Origin: Elusimicrobiaceae bacterium
GTDB taxonomy: Bacteria > Elusimicrobiota > Elusimicrobia > Elusimicrobiales > Elusimicrobiaceae
Reading direction: 5' to 3'
Assembly: GCA_017961585.1 (NCBI GenBank)
Contig: JAGCWX010000020.1
Location: forward strand, 150,310 to 214,309
DNA length: 64,000 nt
Shown here piece by piece: positions 30,224 through 40,491 of the stretch. The notes beneath the pieces are model-generated. The model made no database searches. It was not told where the DNA came from and saw only the letters and a program-made list of their open reading frames with translations. The stretch's first letter is position 1. Every line of letters begins with the position of its first letter. The position numbers and the translations under genes were made by a program.

Positions 30224-31258
30224 ATGTCGCACACGCAACAACAAATTCAAGCAGAAGCCCATAGACTCTATGGGCTTCTTGCCAATGTATCTAAAACTAA
30301 AACCGCCAAATGGACGTTGGAAGATTGCTTAGCCGCCGCGCCTTATACGCTGGCTATCAATCAAGCCAAGCAAGAAAAAAACGCGGTCATCCTTGCCCAT
30401 TCTTATACCACGCCCGACATTGTGTATGGGGTGGCGGACTTTCGGGGCGATTCTTTTCAACTCGCGCAACAAGCCCAAAAATCCAATGCCGATATCATCC
30501 TTTTTGCCGGCGTGTGGTTTATGGCGCAAACTGCCAAAATTATCAATCCGCAAAAGCAGGTCATTATCCCGGCCGGGCACGCCGGATGCACGCTGGCGGA
30601 TTCTATGACCGGGGAAGACGTTCAAAAATTGCGTGCCAAACACCCCGGGGTGGCGGCGTTGTGCTATATTAACAGCTCGGCCGAAGTCAAAGCACAGTGT
30701 GATGTATGTGTAACTTCGGGCAATGTATTTAACATTGCGCAAAAAATGCCGGGGACGGAACTGATTTTTGTTCCCGATATGCTGATGGCGCAAAATATTG
30801 AAATTGAACTCAAAAAACGGGGTACGCCCAAAAAGATTATTGCTTCCGGCGGTTCGTGCTGCGTGCACGACAAATATCGCCCCGAACATGTTGAGCAACT
30901 GCGTGCCCAATATCCGGGCATTGTGGTGCTGGCACATCCGGAATGTGCCCCCGAAGTGTGCGCCCTATGCGATTATGTAGGCAGCACCAAAGGCATGGCG
31001 GATTTTGTAGCCCAATCCTCCCACACGCAATTTGGCCTGCTTACCGAGGGAGGCCTGGTCAACCGCCTGGAGGCCGAGCACCCGGACAAACAATTTGTGT
31101 GGCCGTTTGGCACGTGTAGTTATATGAAGAAAAATACGCTGATCAACACGCTGCAAGCGTTGTTGGATCCGCGGCCGGACCAAGTGGTTCAAGTGGAACC
31201 TGCGCTGGCCCAAGCCGCCCAAAAATCCATCCAAAAAATGTTTGAGTTAGCCCTATGA
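30224..31258 (+). CDS. nadA: Quinolinate synthase
   Basis: ILAHSY, GDS, FMAQTAK, AGCTLA, YINS, CVTS, CCVH, HPEC, C-terminal CSYMK. Confidence 0.92.
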   Translation: MSHTQQQIQAEAHRLYGLLANVSKTKTAKWTLEDCLAAAPYTLAINQAKQEKNAVILAHSYTTPDIVYGVADFRGDSFQLAQQAQKSNADIILFAGVWFMAQTAKIINPQKQVIIPAGHAGCTLADSMTGEDVQKLRAKHPGVAALCYINSSAEVKAQCDVCVTSGNVFNIAQKMPGTELIFVPDMLMAQNIEIELKKRGTPKKIIASGGSCCVHDKYRPEHVEQLRAQYPGIVVLAHPECAPEVCALCDYVGSTKGMADFVAQSSHTQFGLLTEGGLVNRLEAEHPDKQFVWPFGTCSYMKKNTLINTLQALLDPRPDQVVQVEPALAQAAQKSIQKMFELAL

Positions 31259-32088
31259 TACTAGATAAAATTGTTGAACTTGCCTTAGAAGAAGATTTAA
31301 GCTTGGGGGATATCACCTCCGATACGATTTTCACCCCCGAAAATCAAGCCCGCGCCGTCATCCGCGCCAAGGAAGACCTGGTTTTGTGCGGTATGGAAAT
31401 TGCCCGGCAGGTTTTTCACGCGGTGGACCCGCAAATTACGTTTACCCCCCTTCATCACGACGGGGAAGACATCAAAAAAGGCGACGTGGTGCTGGAACTT
31501 ACCGGCAGCACGTTGGCTATTTTAAAGGCAGAACGCACCGCCCTCAACTTTATGCAACGCCTTAGCGGCATTGCCAGCACGTCGCGCGCGTTTGCCCAAA
31601 TCGGCCAAAAATACGGGGTGATGATTGTGGATACCCGCAAAACGCAACCCGGTCTGCGCCGCTTGGATAAATATGCGGTACGCGTCGGCGGATGCCGCAA
31701 TCACCGCATCAGCTTGGCCGATAGCGTGATGATTAAGGACAATCACATTGCCGCGGCCGGATCCATTGCCCAAGCCGTTGCCAAAATCAAAAGCGTCATT
31801 GGCCATACGCCTAAAATTGAAGTAGAAACTACCAACTTGGCCGAAGTGCAAGAAGCCCTGGACGCCGGTGCCGACATTATTATGCTAGACAACATGACCC
31901 CCGCGCAAATTACAAAATGCAAAGAGCTCATCAACGGGCGCGCGATTGTGGAAGTTTCCGGCGGAGTGAACGCTCAAAATTTGGAGGCCTACTGCCAAGC
32001 CAAGCCGGATGTTATTTCCATGGGGGCGCTTACGCACTCAATTATTGCAAAAGATTTAAGCTTAAAAATAGTAGAATATATTAGATAA
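31255..32088 (+). CDS. nadC: Nicotinate-nucleotide diphosphorylase (carboxylating)
   Basis: EDLSLGDITS, ERTALN, DTRKT, HR..L.D.VMIKDNH, LDNM, SGG. Confidence 0.96.
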   Translation: MILDKIVELALEEDLSLGDITSDTIFTPENQARAVIRAKEDLVLCGMEIARQVFHAVDPQITFTPLHHDGEDIKKGDVVLELTGSTLAILKAERTALNFMQRLSGIASTSRAFAQIGQKYGVMIVDTRKTQPGLRRLDKYAVRVGGCRNHRISLADSVMIKDNHIAAAGSIAQAVAKIKSVIGHTPKIEVETTNLAEVQEALDAGADIIMLDNMTPAQITKCKELINGRAIVEVSGGVNAQNLEAYCQAKPDVISMGALTHSIIAKDLSLKIVEYIR

Positions 32089-32109
32089 AATAAATAAGGG
32101 ATGTAAAGC

Positions 32110-33315
32110 ATGGATTATAATGAGTTGTTTTCAAATATTGTTCATCGGTCCAAGGCGTCTGCCATCCGGGAACTGCTAAAGATTATTGCCAATCCGCAAA
32201 TTATTTCCTTCGCCGGAGGGTTGCCCGACCCGAACCTATTCCCCACGACGGAAGTAAAAGATATTTTTGATACCGTTTTAGACAAATCGGCTAAAGAGGC
32301 CTTGCAATACGGCGCTACCGAAGGGCAAAACAGTTTTAAACAAGAGCTGGTGCGTATGCTCAAAGAGACCGAGCGCATCTTCGTCAAACCGGAACAAATT
32401 TTGGTGGTATCTGCCTCGCAGCAAGCGCTGGATATGACCGCCCGTATGTTCATTAACCCGGGCGATAGCATTATTTCGGCCTGCCCCACTTACTTAGGAG
32501 CGTTGCAGGCCTTCCAGGTAGCCGGGGCCGATATTGTGGGCGCCAAGAGCGATTCAAACGGCGTGCTGGCCGAAGATATTGAAGCCAAATTGGAGCTCCT
32601 CAAAAAGCAAGGCAAACCGTGCAAATTTATCTATTTAGTGCCCGATTTTCAAAACCCCACCGGCACCACCATCCCGCAAGAACGTCGCGTGCAGATTTTG
32701 GAACTGGCGCGGAAATATAACACGTTTATTTTGGAAGATTCCCCCTACCGTCAAGTACGCTTTGAAGGGAAATCGCCCAAAACGTTCTACGAACTGGACA
32801 ACGGCCAAGGCAACGTGATTACTATGTTCACGTTTTCCAAGGTATTTGTGCCCGGGTTTCGCTTAGGGTTTATCGTCGGGCCGGAAGATGTCATCCGCAA
32901 ATTTGTTATTTTAAAACAATCCATGGATTTGTGCACCTCGCCCACGTTGCAATTAGCCACGGCCGAATTTTTGCGCCGCGGTTTGTTGCGCAGCCATATT
33001 GAAAAGATGGTGTCCGTCTATCGTCAGAAGCGCGATTTGATGTTGGAAATGCTTGACGAGCACATGCCCGCCGGCGTAAGCTGGACGCGCCCCGAAGGTG
33101 GATTGTTTTTGTGGCTCACGTTGCCGGATCATATGGATGCCACCAAACTGCTTCACAAAGCCATTGAGAACAAAGTGGCCTACGTGGCCGGGGTGGACTT
33201 CTACCCGGACGGCAATGTATTTAACGATATGCGCCTGAACTTTTCGTACTCCTCACCGGAGCAAATCAAAGAAGGGCTCAAACGCCTGGCTCAAACCATT
33301 AAAGATAATCTGTAA
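32110..33315 (+). CDS. PLP-dependent class I/II aminotransferase (LysN/MocR-like, no HTH)
   Basis: SAIRELLK, ISFAGGLP, LQYG.TEG, PDFQNPTG, EDSPY, TFSK..PGFRLG. Confidence 0.9.
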   Translation: MDYNELFSNIVHRSKASAIRELLKIIANPQIISFAGGLPDPNLFPTTEVKDIFDTVLDKSAKEALQYGATEGQNSFKQELVRMLKETERIFVKPEQILVVSASQQALDMTARMFINPGDSIISACPTYLGALQAFQVAGADIVGAKSDSNGVLAEDIEAKLELLKKQGKPCKFIYLVPDFQNPTGTTIPQERRVQILELARKYNTFILEDSPYRQVRFEGKSPKTFYELDNGQGNVITMFTFSKVFVPGFRLGFIVGPEDVIRKFVILKQSMDLCTSPTLQLATAEFLRRGLLRSHIEKMVSVYRQKRDLMLEMLDEHMPAGVSWTRPEGGLFLWLTLPDHMDATKLLHKAIENKVAYVAGVDFYPDGNVFNDMRLNFSYSSPEQIKEGLKRLAQTIKDNL

Positions 33316-33332
33316 CACCCGTAGCTTTCCAC

Positions 33333-33363
33333 AAAACACGCCCCCGTATTTGCGGGGGCGTGT
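33333..33363 (-). terminator. Terminator after rpsA
   Basis: acacgcccccg/cgggggcgtgt with T-tract on the minus strand. Confidence 0.7.
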
Positions 33364-33385
33364 CTACATCCTATCTAACGTAAGT

Positions 33386-34582
33386 TTATTTTTCTTCGGT
33401 TTCGTCCGTGTCTTCTTCGGCGCCAAACGATTCCGAAAGTACTTCGCCCAACGTCGGGCGCGGCGCTTGCTTTAAGTATTGCGCCACTACTTTGCGGTTT
33501 TGGGCTTGGTCGTACTTCTTAACCGAGAGGTTGAGCGTGAACGTTTCCGGGTTGACGCCCATTACCAAAGCGGTAATGGTATCGCCTTCCTTGGCGTTAA
33601 AATCGCGGCCCATTTCAAAGGGGCTGATAAAACCTTTGGTATTGTTCTTACCAATGGTGCATTCCACGCCATATTCTTCGGACACTTTGGTCACTACCGC
33701 TTTAACGGAGCTCTTGTACGGATAGCGGCGTTTGAGCGCATCGGCCGGGCTTAAGAAAAGTTGCTTGAGCCCAAATTCCAAGCGCGGGGTTTCTTTGTCC
33801 AGCTTTAATAATTTGGCTTTAAGGCGTTGACCGCGGCGGAAGTTGGCAATGGCGGTTTCGGGTTCTTTCCAGGCCACGTTTTCCACGTTGACAATGCCTT
33901 CAATCCCGTGGAAGCGCAGATACAGTTTATCGGTATCGGCCTTGGAAACTACCACACGCAATACGTCGCCTTCTTTGATAGCACCCAGCACTTCAGCACG
34001 GCGGACGGTTTCGTCCTCTTCCAATACTTGTTTGCGCGAAACGATGAGTTTTTGTTTTTCTTTGCTAAATTCTACGATGACAGCTTTGATTTTGGCCCCT
34101 ACCGGCAGGTAGTGTTTGTAAGCGGTATGTAATTCGGAAAGGGAAAGTGGCATAAAACCGGTAACGCCAAACACATCCACCATATAACCGCCCTTTACTT
34201 GCTGCACAATGGTCCCTTTTACACGTTCTTTAGCATCGTAGGACTTTTTGCATACATCCCAGCCCAAATATTCCAACGCTTTTTTATGGGATAAAATAGC
34301 CGGCCGTTCATCCCCCCCGCGTTTGACGAGGACTACCGACACTTTGTCCCCCACGCTGGGCAATGTTTTGCCTTCAAATTCGCTCACTGCGATGGCGCCT
34401 TCCTTCTTGGCACCGGTGTCTACCAAGATATAATCTTGGTTGACTTGCACCACAGCTACTTCCACAATTTCACGTTTGTTTAGTTTTTCCAGTAAAGAAT
34501 CTTGCTGCGCAATCAACTGGTCCATCGTCATTTCTTGCTCGTTGGTTTCTTGCGTAGCATTGGTTTCTTCGTTTGTCGTCAT
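33386..34582 (-). CDS. rpsA: 30S ribosomal protein S1 (short form, about four S1 domains)
   Basis: ILVDTGAKKEGAI, KGGYMVD, GFMPLS, LSVK; downstream of cmk-plsC. Confidence 0.85.
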   Translation of the reverse strand: MTTNEETNATQETNEQEMTMDQLIAQQDSLLEKLNKREIVEVAVVQVNQDYILVDTGAKKEGAIAVSEFEGKTLPSVGDKVSVVLVKRGGDERPAILSHKKALEYLGWDVCKKSYDAKERVKGTIVQQVKGGYMVDVFGVTGFMPLSLSELHTAYKHYLPVGAKIKAVIVEFSKEKQKLIVSRKQVLEEDETVRRAEVLGAIKEGDVLRVVVSKADTDKLYLRFHGIEGIVNVENVAWKEPETAIANFRRGQRLKAKLLKLDKETPRLEFGLKQLFLSPADALKRRYPYKSSVKAVVTKVSEEYGVECTIGKNNTKGFISPFEMGRDFNAKEGDTITALVMGVNPETFTLNLSVKKYDQAQNRKVVAQYLKQAPRPTLGEVLSESFGAEEDTDETEEK

Positions 34583-34626
34583 AATTCCTTTGGCGAACGC
34601 CCCTTAGGCGCACGCCGTAACCTCCG

Positions 34627-35220
34627 TTAGATATTTATTGAATTTATTGCATCCATTATTTGATTTGCAAATTGTTTATACTGCATTTTAGGTTCCAAGG
34701 CCGGGTCTTTTTCCAGGTGCATTACCGTGCCGAACTTCACGCGGATTTTGCGCACCCACGGCCAGCCAAACGTCCCTTGTATCCGTACGGGGAGCACCGG
34801 GGCCCCCGTCTTATATACTAAAAATCCAATCCCACTTTTGGGCTTTTGCGGTTGCCCGGTTTTGCTGCGCGTTCCTTCCGGGAACATCACAATGCTTTCC
34901 CCCCGCTCCAGGGCCTCTACTACTTCTTTGAGGGCCCCCATATCGCCAATGGTGCGTTTGCGGTCCACCGGGATGTAATTGCAATGCCGGAAGAACCACC
35001 CCAATACCGGTATGGCAAAAAGCTCCTTTTTCGCCACAAAGCGCGAATCCCGCACCAGCCCGGCAAAAGCACCTATTGCCGGCGGGTCTGCGTTGGATAA
35101 GTGATTCCCAGCGATTAAAAGAGCACCCGTCTTAGGGATATTTTCAAGCCCTTCCACCTTAAAGTTATAAAACACTTTAAAGTAGAACCTCGAAATACAT
35201 TTTACCAAATTAAGAACCAT
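34627..35220 (-). CDS. plsC: 1-acyl-sn-glycerol-3-phosphate acyltransferase
   Basis: NHLSNAD, AKKEL, FPEGTRS. Confidence 0.92.
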   Translation of the reverse strand: MVLNLVKCISRFYFKVFYNFKVEGLENIPKTGALLIAGNHLSNADPPAIGAFAGLVRDSRFVAKKELFAIPVLGWFFRHCNYIPVDRKRTIGDMGALKEVVEALERGESIVMFPEGTRSKTGQPQKPKSGIGFLVYKTGAPVLPVRIQGTFGWPWVRKIRVKFGTVMHLEKDPALEPKMQYKQFANQIMDAINSINI

Positions 35221-35890
35221 AGCGGGAAATTTTCTCCAAGGCGCTCTCTACGACTTGCTCCTGCGTGAGGGTGGAAGTGTCAATAATAATAGCCCCTTGC
35301 GCCGGTTTTAACGGGCTGGCGGCCCGGTGCGAATCGCGATAATCGCGTTCTTCAATCAGCGCCAAAATTTTATCGTAATCCGGGTTGACGCCGGCTTCTT
35401 GCAATTGTTTCACACGGCGTTTGGCACGTTCTTGGGCAGAGGCACTCAAATAAAACTTCACTTCGGCATCGGGGAATACCACGGTGCCAATGTCGCGCCC
35501 TTCCATCACAATGCCGCCGTCCTGGCCGGCTTGGCGCATTTTTTCGGTGAGTACAGCGCGGGCTTCTTTATGCGTGGAAACTTGACTGGCCACGTTGCCT
35601 ACGTCTTCCAGGTGGAGTTTCGGCCCCAGCACTTCGCCGTCCACATGCATTTTTAAAACAGCGTCGGGCTGGCGTACAAACGTAAACTTTAACCGTTGGG
35701 CCAAGGCAAGCACCTGTTCACCGTCTTGCGGCGGAATTTTGGCTTCAAATACTTTGTAAGCCAGGGCGCGATATAACTCCCCCGTGCTTAAAAAGCCGTA
35801 GCCCAATTTTTGGGCAATGGCTTTCCCAACGGTGGATTTCCCCGTCCCGGCAGGGCCGTCAATTGAAATGACCAATCCGTTTTTACGCAT
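35210..35890 (-). CDS. cmk: Cytidylate kinase
   Basis: IDGPAGTGKST, STGELYR, EGRDIGTVVFPDA, RDYRDS. Confidence 0.95.
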   Translation of the reverse strand: MRKNGLVISIDGPAGTGKSTVGKAIAQKLGYGFLSTGELYRALAYKVFEAKIPPQDGEQVLALAQRLKFTFVRQPDAVLKMHVDGEVLGPKLHLEDVGNVASQVSTHKEARAVLTEKMRQAGQDGGIVMEGRDIGTVVFPDAEVKFYLSASAQERAKRRVKQLQEAGVNPDYDKILALIEERDYRDSHRAASPLKPAQGAIIIDTSTLTQEQVVESALEKISRYGS

Positions 35891-36980
35891 TTTCACCTTC
35901 CACCTGCAAGCTGTCGGTTACCCCGCGGATAGCCAACATAATTGCATCCGGGCTGGTAGCGGCCGCTTGCGCCGTTTCCATATCAATAATGCCCTCTTTG
36001 TACAGCTTGGCCAAAGATTGATCAAAGGTGTTCATGCCGTAGAAATCGCCCAATTGCATTTGTTTGACTAAATCGCTGGGGCGGTTTTCCATAATAAGTT
36101 TACGCACTTGCGGCGTGCTGACTAACACTTCCAAAGCCGGGTACATGCCGCCCTTGATGCTGGGCAATAAACGTTGACACACAATCCCGCGAATGAGCTG
36201 CGAGAGTTGCAAACGCACTTGGTCGTGTTGCTGGGCCGGGAAAGCGTCCACCAAACGTTCCAAGGTTTGTACCACGTTTACCGTGTGCATGGTTCCAAGC
36301 ACCAACTGCCCGGTTTCCGCCGCGGCGATAGCGGCTTTCATCACTTCGCCGTCGCGCAATTCGCCGATGAGGATGACGTCCGGATCTTGACGCATCGCCG
36401 CGCGCAACGCGCTGGTATAGGAAGGCGTATCCACCCCTAATTCCAACTGGCTGACTACGCTGCGGTTATCGGGGTGTAAAAATTCAATCGGGTCTTCAAT
36501 GGTTAAAATATGGTTGGCACGGGTTTTATTGATGTGATCAATCATGGCGGCTAACGTTGAAGTTTTACCCGAGCCGGTCATACCGGTTACTAAAATAATC
36601 CCACGGTGCGATTCGGCCATTTTGCGCAAAATGTCGCCGGGCAAGTGGAATTGTTCAAAGGTAGGAATTTGCGGCGGAATGTAACGCACAGCCATACAAA
36701 TACGCCCCATTTGGCGGAACACGTTAAAACGGAAACGTCCATAAGATTTGGCATCCAACGAGAAGTCCACCGTGCTATATTGTTCAAAAATGCGTTTTTC
36801 GCGCTCGCCCATACAAGCATAGGCCATTTTTTTAGCTTCTTCGTTGGTGACAAAGCTATCGTCAATGGGTTTCATTTGCCCATTCAAACGCACATACGCG
36901 TTGGAATTGCCGCGGATATGCAACCCGCTGGCTTTATTATCTACTACCGTTCTAAGTAAACTTTGTAATCCTACCGCCAT
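35883..36980 (-). CDS. pilT: PilT/PilU-family pilus retraction ATPase
   Basis: ASGLHI, GMTGSGKTST, TIEDPIEF, MRQDPDVILIGELRD, AETGQLVLGTMH. Confidence 0.9.
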   Translation of the reverse strand: MAVGLQSLLRTVVDNKASGLHIRGNSNAYVRLNGQMKPIDDSFVTNEEAKKMAYACMGEREKRIFEQYSTVDFSLDAKSYGRFRFNVFRQMGRICMAVRYIPPQIPTFEQFHLPGDILRKMAESHRGIILVTGMTGSGKTSTLAAMIDHINKTRANHILTIEDPIEFLHPDNRSVVSQLELGVDTPSYTSALRAAMRQDPDVILIGELRDGEVMKAAIAAAETGQLVLGTMHTVNVVQTLERLVDAFPAQQHDQVRLQLSQLIRGIVCQRLLPSIKGGMYPALEVLVSTPQVRKLIMENRPSDLVKQMQLGDFYGMNTFDQSLAKLYKEGIIDMETAQAAATSPDAIMLAIRGVTDSLQVEGENA

Positions 36981-37005
36981 AGTTTTTCTCCTTGTTTGAT
37001 CCTCT

Positions 37006-38163
37006 TTACGAGGCCCGTTTTTTACGCCTTATATACGCTGGGATCAACATCGGGTCCCCCAGTGTAGTTTGTTGTTTTGATTCCAACCCTGCAAAAATAT
37101 CTTCCGTCAAAGGTTTGCTGCGCACCGTGTTCTGCGAGACAGATTCCAACGGCCGGCGCACCCCAAAGGGAGTCCCTTTGTCGGCATTAAATCCGGTAGC
37201 GATGACGGTAACTTTAAAATTACCGTTCAAGCCGGGGTCATAAGAATAACCGAACATAATAATGGAATCATTGCTGGCATACTGGCGAATTAAACTCATA
37301 ACTTCGCCTTGCTCCAACAACGTCAAATTTTCTTCCGCCGCAAAGTGAACAATAAAGCCCTTGGCTCCGCGGATGTCTGCATTTTCCAACAAAGGCGAAG
37401 AGATCGCCCGTCTGACAGCCGTTAAATGACGCCCTTGCCCGGATGCTTCGCCCACGCCGATTAAAGACTTTTCGGAGTGGCACATTACTTTGCGTATATC
37501 GTTAAAATCAATGTTTACTTCGCCGGGTTTGGTGATCACTTCACTAATGCCTTGCACGGCTTGTAACAACACTTCATCCACCATTTTAAAAGCATCCCGC
37601 GAAGAGGTACTTGGATCAATATTTGCAAAAAGTTTCTCATTAGGGACAATGATCATGGAATCTACATATTTTTGCATTTCCACGATACCCTCGTCGGCTT
37701 GTTTTTCGCGCACGTATCCTTCAAAATTAAACGGCCGCGTAACCACGCCTACTACCAACAAATCATCCCCATAAATTTCTTTGGCCAATTTGGCTAAATA
37801 AGGGGCCACGCCTGTGCCGGTTCCGCCCCCCATCCCGGCGGTAATAAATAACAAATCGCACTGGCCGATAATCAGTTTTAGTTTCTCTTTGGATTCTTCC
37901 GCCGCTTTGCGTCCGCGTTCCGGGTCTCCCCCAACGCCGAGCCCTTTGGTTAGTTTTTCCCCTACTTGCACCAAATAAGGGGCTTGGTTGCGGCGCAGGT
38001 CTTGCGCGTCGGTATTTACGGCAATAAAATCTACATCTTTTAGACCGCTGCGCACCATGTGGTTGATTGCGTTTCCGCCGCCACCCCCCACGCCAATTAC
38101 TTTGATTTTGGCTTTTTTGGTTTCAAACGACGCAGCCGGCATAAATAAATCTTGTATGTGCAT
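37006..38163 (-). CDS. ftsZ: Cell division protein FtsZ
   Basis: GVGGGGGNA, NTDAQ, GMGGGTGTG, NIDFND, C-terminal IPAYIR. Confidence 0.97.
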   Translation of the reverse strand: MHIQDLFMPAASFETKKAKIKVIGVGGGGGNAINHMVRSGLKDVDFIAVNTDAQDLRRNQAPYLVQVGEKLTKGLGVGGDPERGRKAAEESKEKLKLIIGQCDLLFITAGMGGGTGTGVAPYLAKLAKEIYGDDLLVVGVVTRPFNFEGYVREKQADEGIVEMQKYVDSMIIVPNEKLFANIDPSTSSRDAFKMVDEVLLQAVQGISEVITKPGEVNIDFNDIRKVMCHSEKSLIGVGEASGQGRHLTAVRRAISSPLLENADIRGAKGFIVHFAAEENLTLLEQGEVMSLIRQYASNDSIIMFGYSYDPGLNGNFKVTVIATGFNADKGTPFGVRRPLESVSQNTVRSKPLTEDIFAGLESKQQTTLGDPMLIPAYIRRKKRAS

Positions 38164-38166
38164 AAC

Positions 38167-39414
38167 TTATCCAAAAATTCCTTTAAACATTTTTCCCAGT
38201 TTACCAAACGTAGAGCGATTTTCCCGGTAAGGGGCCCCGTACAGGGCGTCATAGTCCGCACTGTCGGAGGCGTAAATTACCAAAGCTAACGCCGTAGCAT
38301 ATTGCGGAGCTAAAAATTCATCTGTGCACGTTATTAAATCACGTTGAACGGCACCGCGGCGTACTTCTTTAAGTCCTAAAATATCTTGGCACAAAGCCGT
38401 CAACCCCGGCATTACGGAACCGCCCCCGGTAAGCACGCCTACCAGCGGCATATTTTTGGGCTTGTATCCGCCCAAGCTGACTGCATGTTCCACTTGTTCC
38501 AACAATTCTTCCATACGGGGTTGAATGCAATCCAAAATCTCTACATTCTTAATGGTGCGCGTATCGCTACCGTCCAAAAGCGGGACCGAAATGTTTTGCT
38601 CGTTGCGCAAGAAAGCCGGATGAATCACGCCGTACTTTTCTTTGATCTCTTTGGCGGCTTTGCGCGAGGTGCTTAAATAGCTGGATAAATCGCTGGTTAA
38701 AATATCGCACCCGTAGGGGATTTCACACGTAAAGCGCAACATTCCCCCCACGTAAATCCCAACGGAAATTGTTTCTCCGCCAAAGTCAATTAGCATCACG
38801 CCGTTTTCTTTTTCATCTTGCAACAGCACGGCATCCCCCAACGGAATGAGTCCGTAAAACGTGCCTTCAATACGAAAGCCGGGCCGCTGAATTGCTTTGG
38901 CTAAATTGTTAATGTGTGTGGAAGCACCGGTTACAATTTGTACATCTACTTCTAATAAAGATCCTTCCATTCCTTCCGGGTTTTGAATGCCGCGTTGTTT
39001 ATCTACGCAATATCCTTGCGTAAGCACGCTGATAATTTCGTTATCATTTTTAATAGGAACGGCCTTGGCGTTTTCAATAGCCAGGGCCATGTCTTCTTGA
39101 GAAATTTCTTTATCCGGGCGGGAAATGTTGTACGTTCCGTGACTAAAAAAGGAATCAATGTGCGCGCCGCGCATGCCTAAAAATAATTGCCCGATACCTT
39201 GGTTGCATTCCCGTTCCAAACTGCCTAGTAATGCACTCACGGCCGACGATGTTTCCCGAATATCGGTCACCATGCCGCCGCGTACCCCACGGCACGCTAT
39301 ACTGCGCCCGGCCAACACTTGCAAAGTATTTGTATTTTCATCATGGGCAGCAGCCACGGCGGTTAATTTGCCACTACCTACATCCAGCCCTACAATCAAA
39401 TTTGTTTTTGCCAT
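38167..39414 (-). CDS. ftsA: Cell division protein FtsA
   Basis: GLDVGSGK, IDFGGE, LTGGGS; between ftsQ and ftsZ. Confidence 0.93.
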   Translation of the reverse strand: MAKTNLIVGLDVGSGKLTAVAAAHDENTNTLQVLAGRSIACRGVRGGMVTDIRETSSAVSALLGSLERECNQGIGQLFLGMRGAHIDSFFSHGTYNISRPDKEISQEDMALAIENAKAVPIKNDNEIISVLTQGYCVDKQRGIQNPEGMEGSLLEVDVQIVTGASTHINNLAKAIQRPGFRIEGTFYGLIPLGDAVLLQDEKENGVMLIDFGGETISVGIYVGGMLRFTCEIPYGCDILTSDLSSYLSTSRKAAKEIKEKYGVIHPAFLRNEQNISVPLLDGSDTRTIKNVEILDCIQPRMEELLEQVEHAVSLGGYKPKNMPLVGVLTGGGSVMPGLTALCQDILGLKEVRRGAVQRDLITCTDEFLAPQYATALALVIYASDSADYDALYGAPYRENRSTFGKLGKMFKGIFG

Positions 39415-39468
39415 ATAAAAAATCCCCTGCTAAAAATTGTTCTCTCTCTATTATAAAATTTAATGGGG

Positions 39469-40275
39469 CTACTGTGTCAAAAAAACTTTCCCCTGGTCAA
39501 AAAATTTAAAGTCCAACTTTACCGGTGAACTGTATTTTTCCTTGGCTACAGCCAAGATCTGCTCCGCCCGAGCCACCTTCTCTTTGAGGTGTTCGGCCGG
39601 TCCAAAACAAATCACGCTTTGATCCGGCAGGCGCATGATAACGGTATTGTCCGTTACGTCAAACGACAGGGCTTCAAAGGGCAATGTCTTTTTGAGTTTG
39701 AGCATACTTTGCACCAGCTCCACAAAAGAGCCGGGCACTTTTTCCGGCACAGCACCGTTTAGTTCCACGGGCAATGCGCCTTCGGGGGCATCCGGGTCCG
39801 TATAGACGGTGCTGGTGCGGTCCACGTAGCGCACGCTGCCATCGGGCAATACAAATTGGGCTACGGGTTCGCGGTGCTTAACCGAAACGGTCAGCCGCCC
39901 CGAAAGAAACCCGCGCGAAACGGAAATATCCGTAAGCATGGGGTAATCCGCGGCTAATTGATTTTGAAGTTGGCGCCCTTCTTGCGCAGAAAACGATTTG
40001 TCTTGAAATACAGCGGCTTTGGCAAAAATTTCCTCTTCGCGTGGCCCGGTAATGCCATCTACGGAAACGGTTTTTACATGCCAATCGGCAAATTGCGCTT
40101 GCGAGAACACACGCCACGCATATCGCCCGGCCAGCCACAAACCGGAACACGCTACTACAATTAACAATAGGGAAACAAAGAATTTGGGGAAGGAAGATGG
40201 TTTTTTTCGGGTCGTCGGTCGGCGTCTACGTACATAGAGGGTCGAGCTGGGGCGCGAATAACCATACTTTCTCAT
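39469..40275 (-). CDS. ftsQ: Cell division protein FtsQ/DivIB-like
   Basis: Basic N-terminus, single TM, POTRA-like VKTVSVDG...VSVKHREPVA, C-terminal LDFKF; upstream of ftsA. Confidence 0.75.
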   Translation of the reverse strand: MRKYGYSRPSSTLYVRRRRPTTRKKPSSFPKFFVSLLLIVVACSGLWLAGRYAWRVFSQAQFADWHVKTVSVDGITGPREEEIFAKAAVFQDKSFSAQEGRQLQNQLAADYPMLTDISVSRGFLSGRLTVSVKHREPVAQFVLPDGSVRYVDRTSTVYTDPDAPEGALPVELNGAVPEKVPGSFVELVQSMLKLKKTLPFEALSFDVTDNTVIMRLPDQSVICFGPAEHLKEKVARAEQILAVAKEKYSSPVKLDFKFFDQGKVFLTQ

Positions 40276-40296
40276 AGAAGATTCCTAAAAAAGAAA

Positions 40297-40379
40297 TGGG
40301 CGGGAAGGGAGTTGAACCCTTAAGGACTTTCGTCCATACGGTCCTGAGCCGTACGCGTCTGCCATTCCGCCACTCGCCC
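40297..40379 (-). tRNA. tRNA-Leu(CAG)
   Basis: GGGCGAGTGGCGGAATGG...GTACGG-CT-CAG-GA-CCGTAT, long variable arm, GGTTCAACTCC; CCA not encoded. Confidence 0.95.
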
Positions 40380-40491
40380 ATGTATAGATATTTTAATAAA
40401 TCAAGGAGTAAATGTAAAGAATTTTTTACGCAGCAGCCCGCTACTTACATTCCTGCGGCCAAAATTCTCAAAAATTTGCTACTATACTTAT

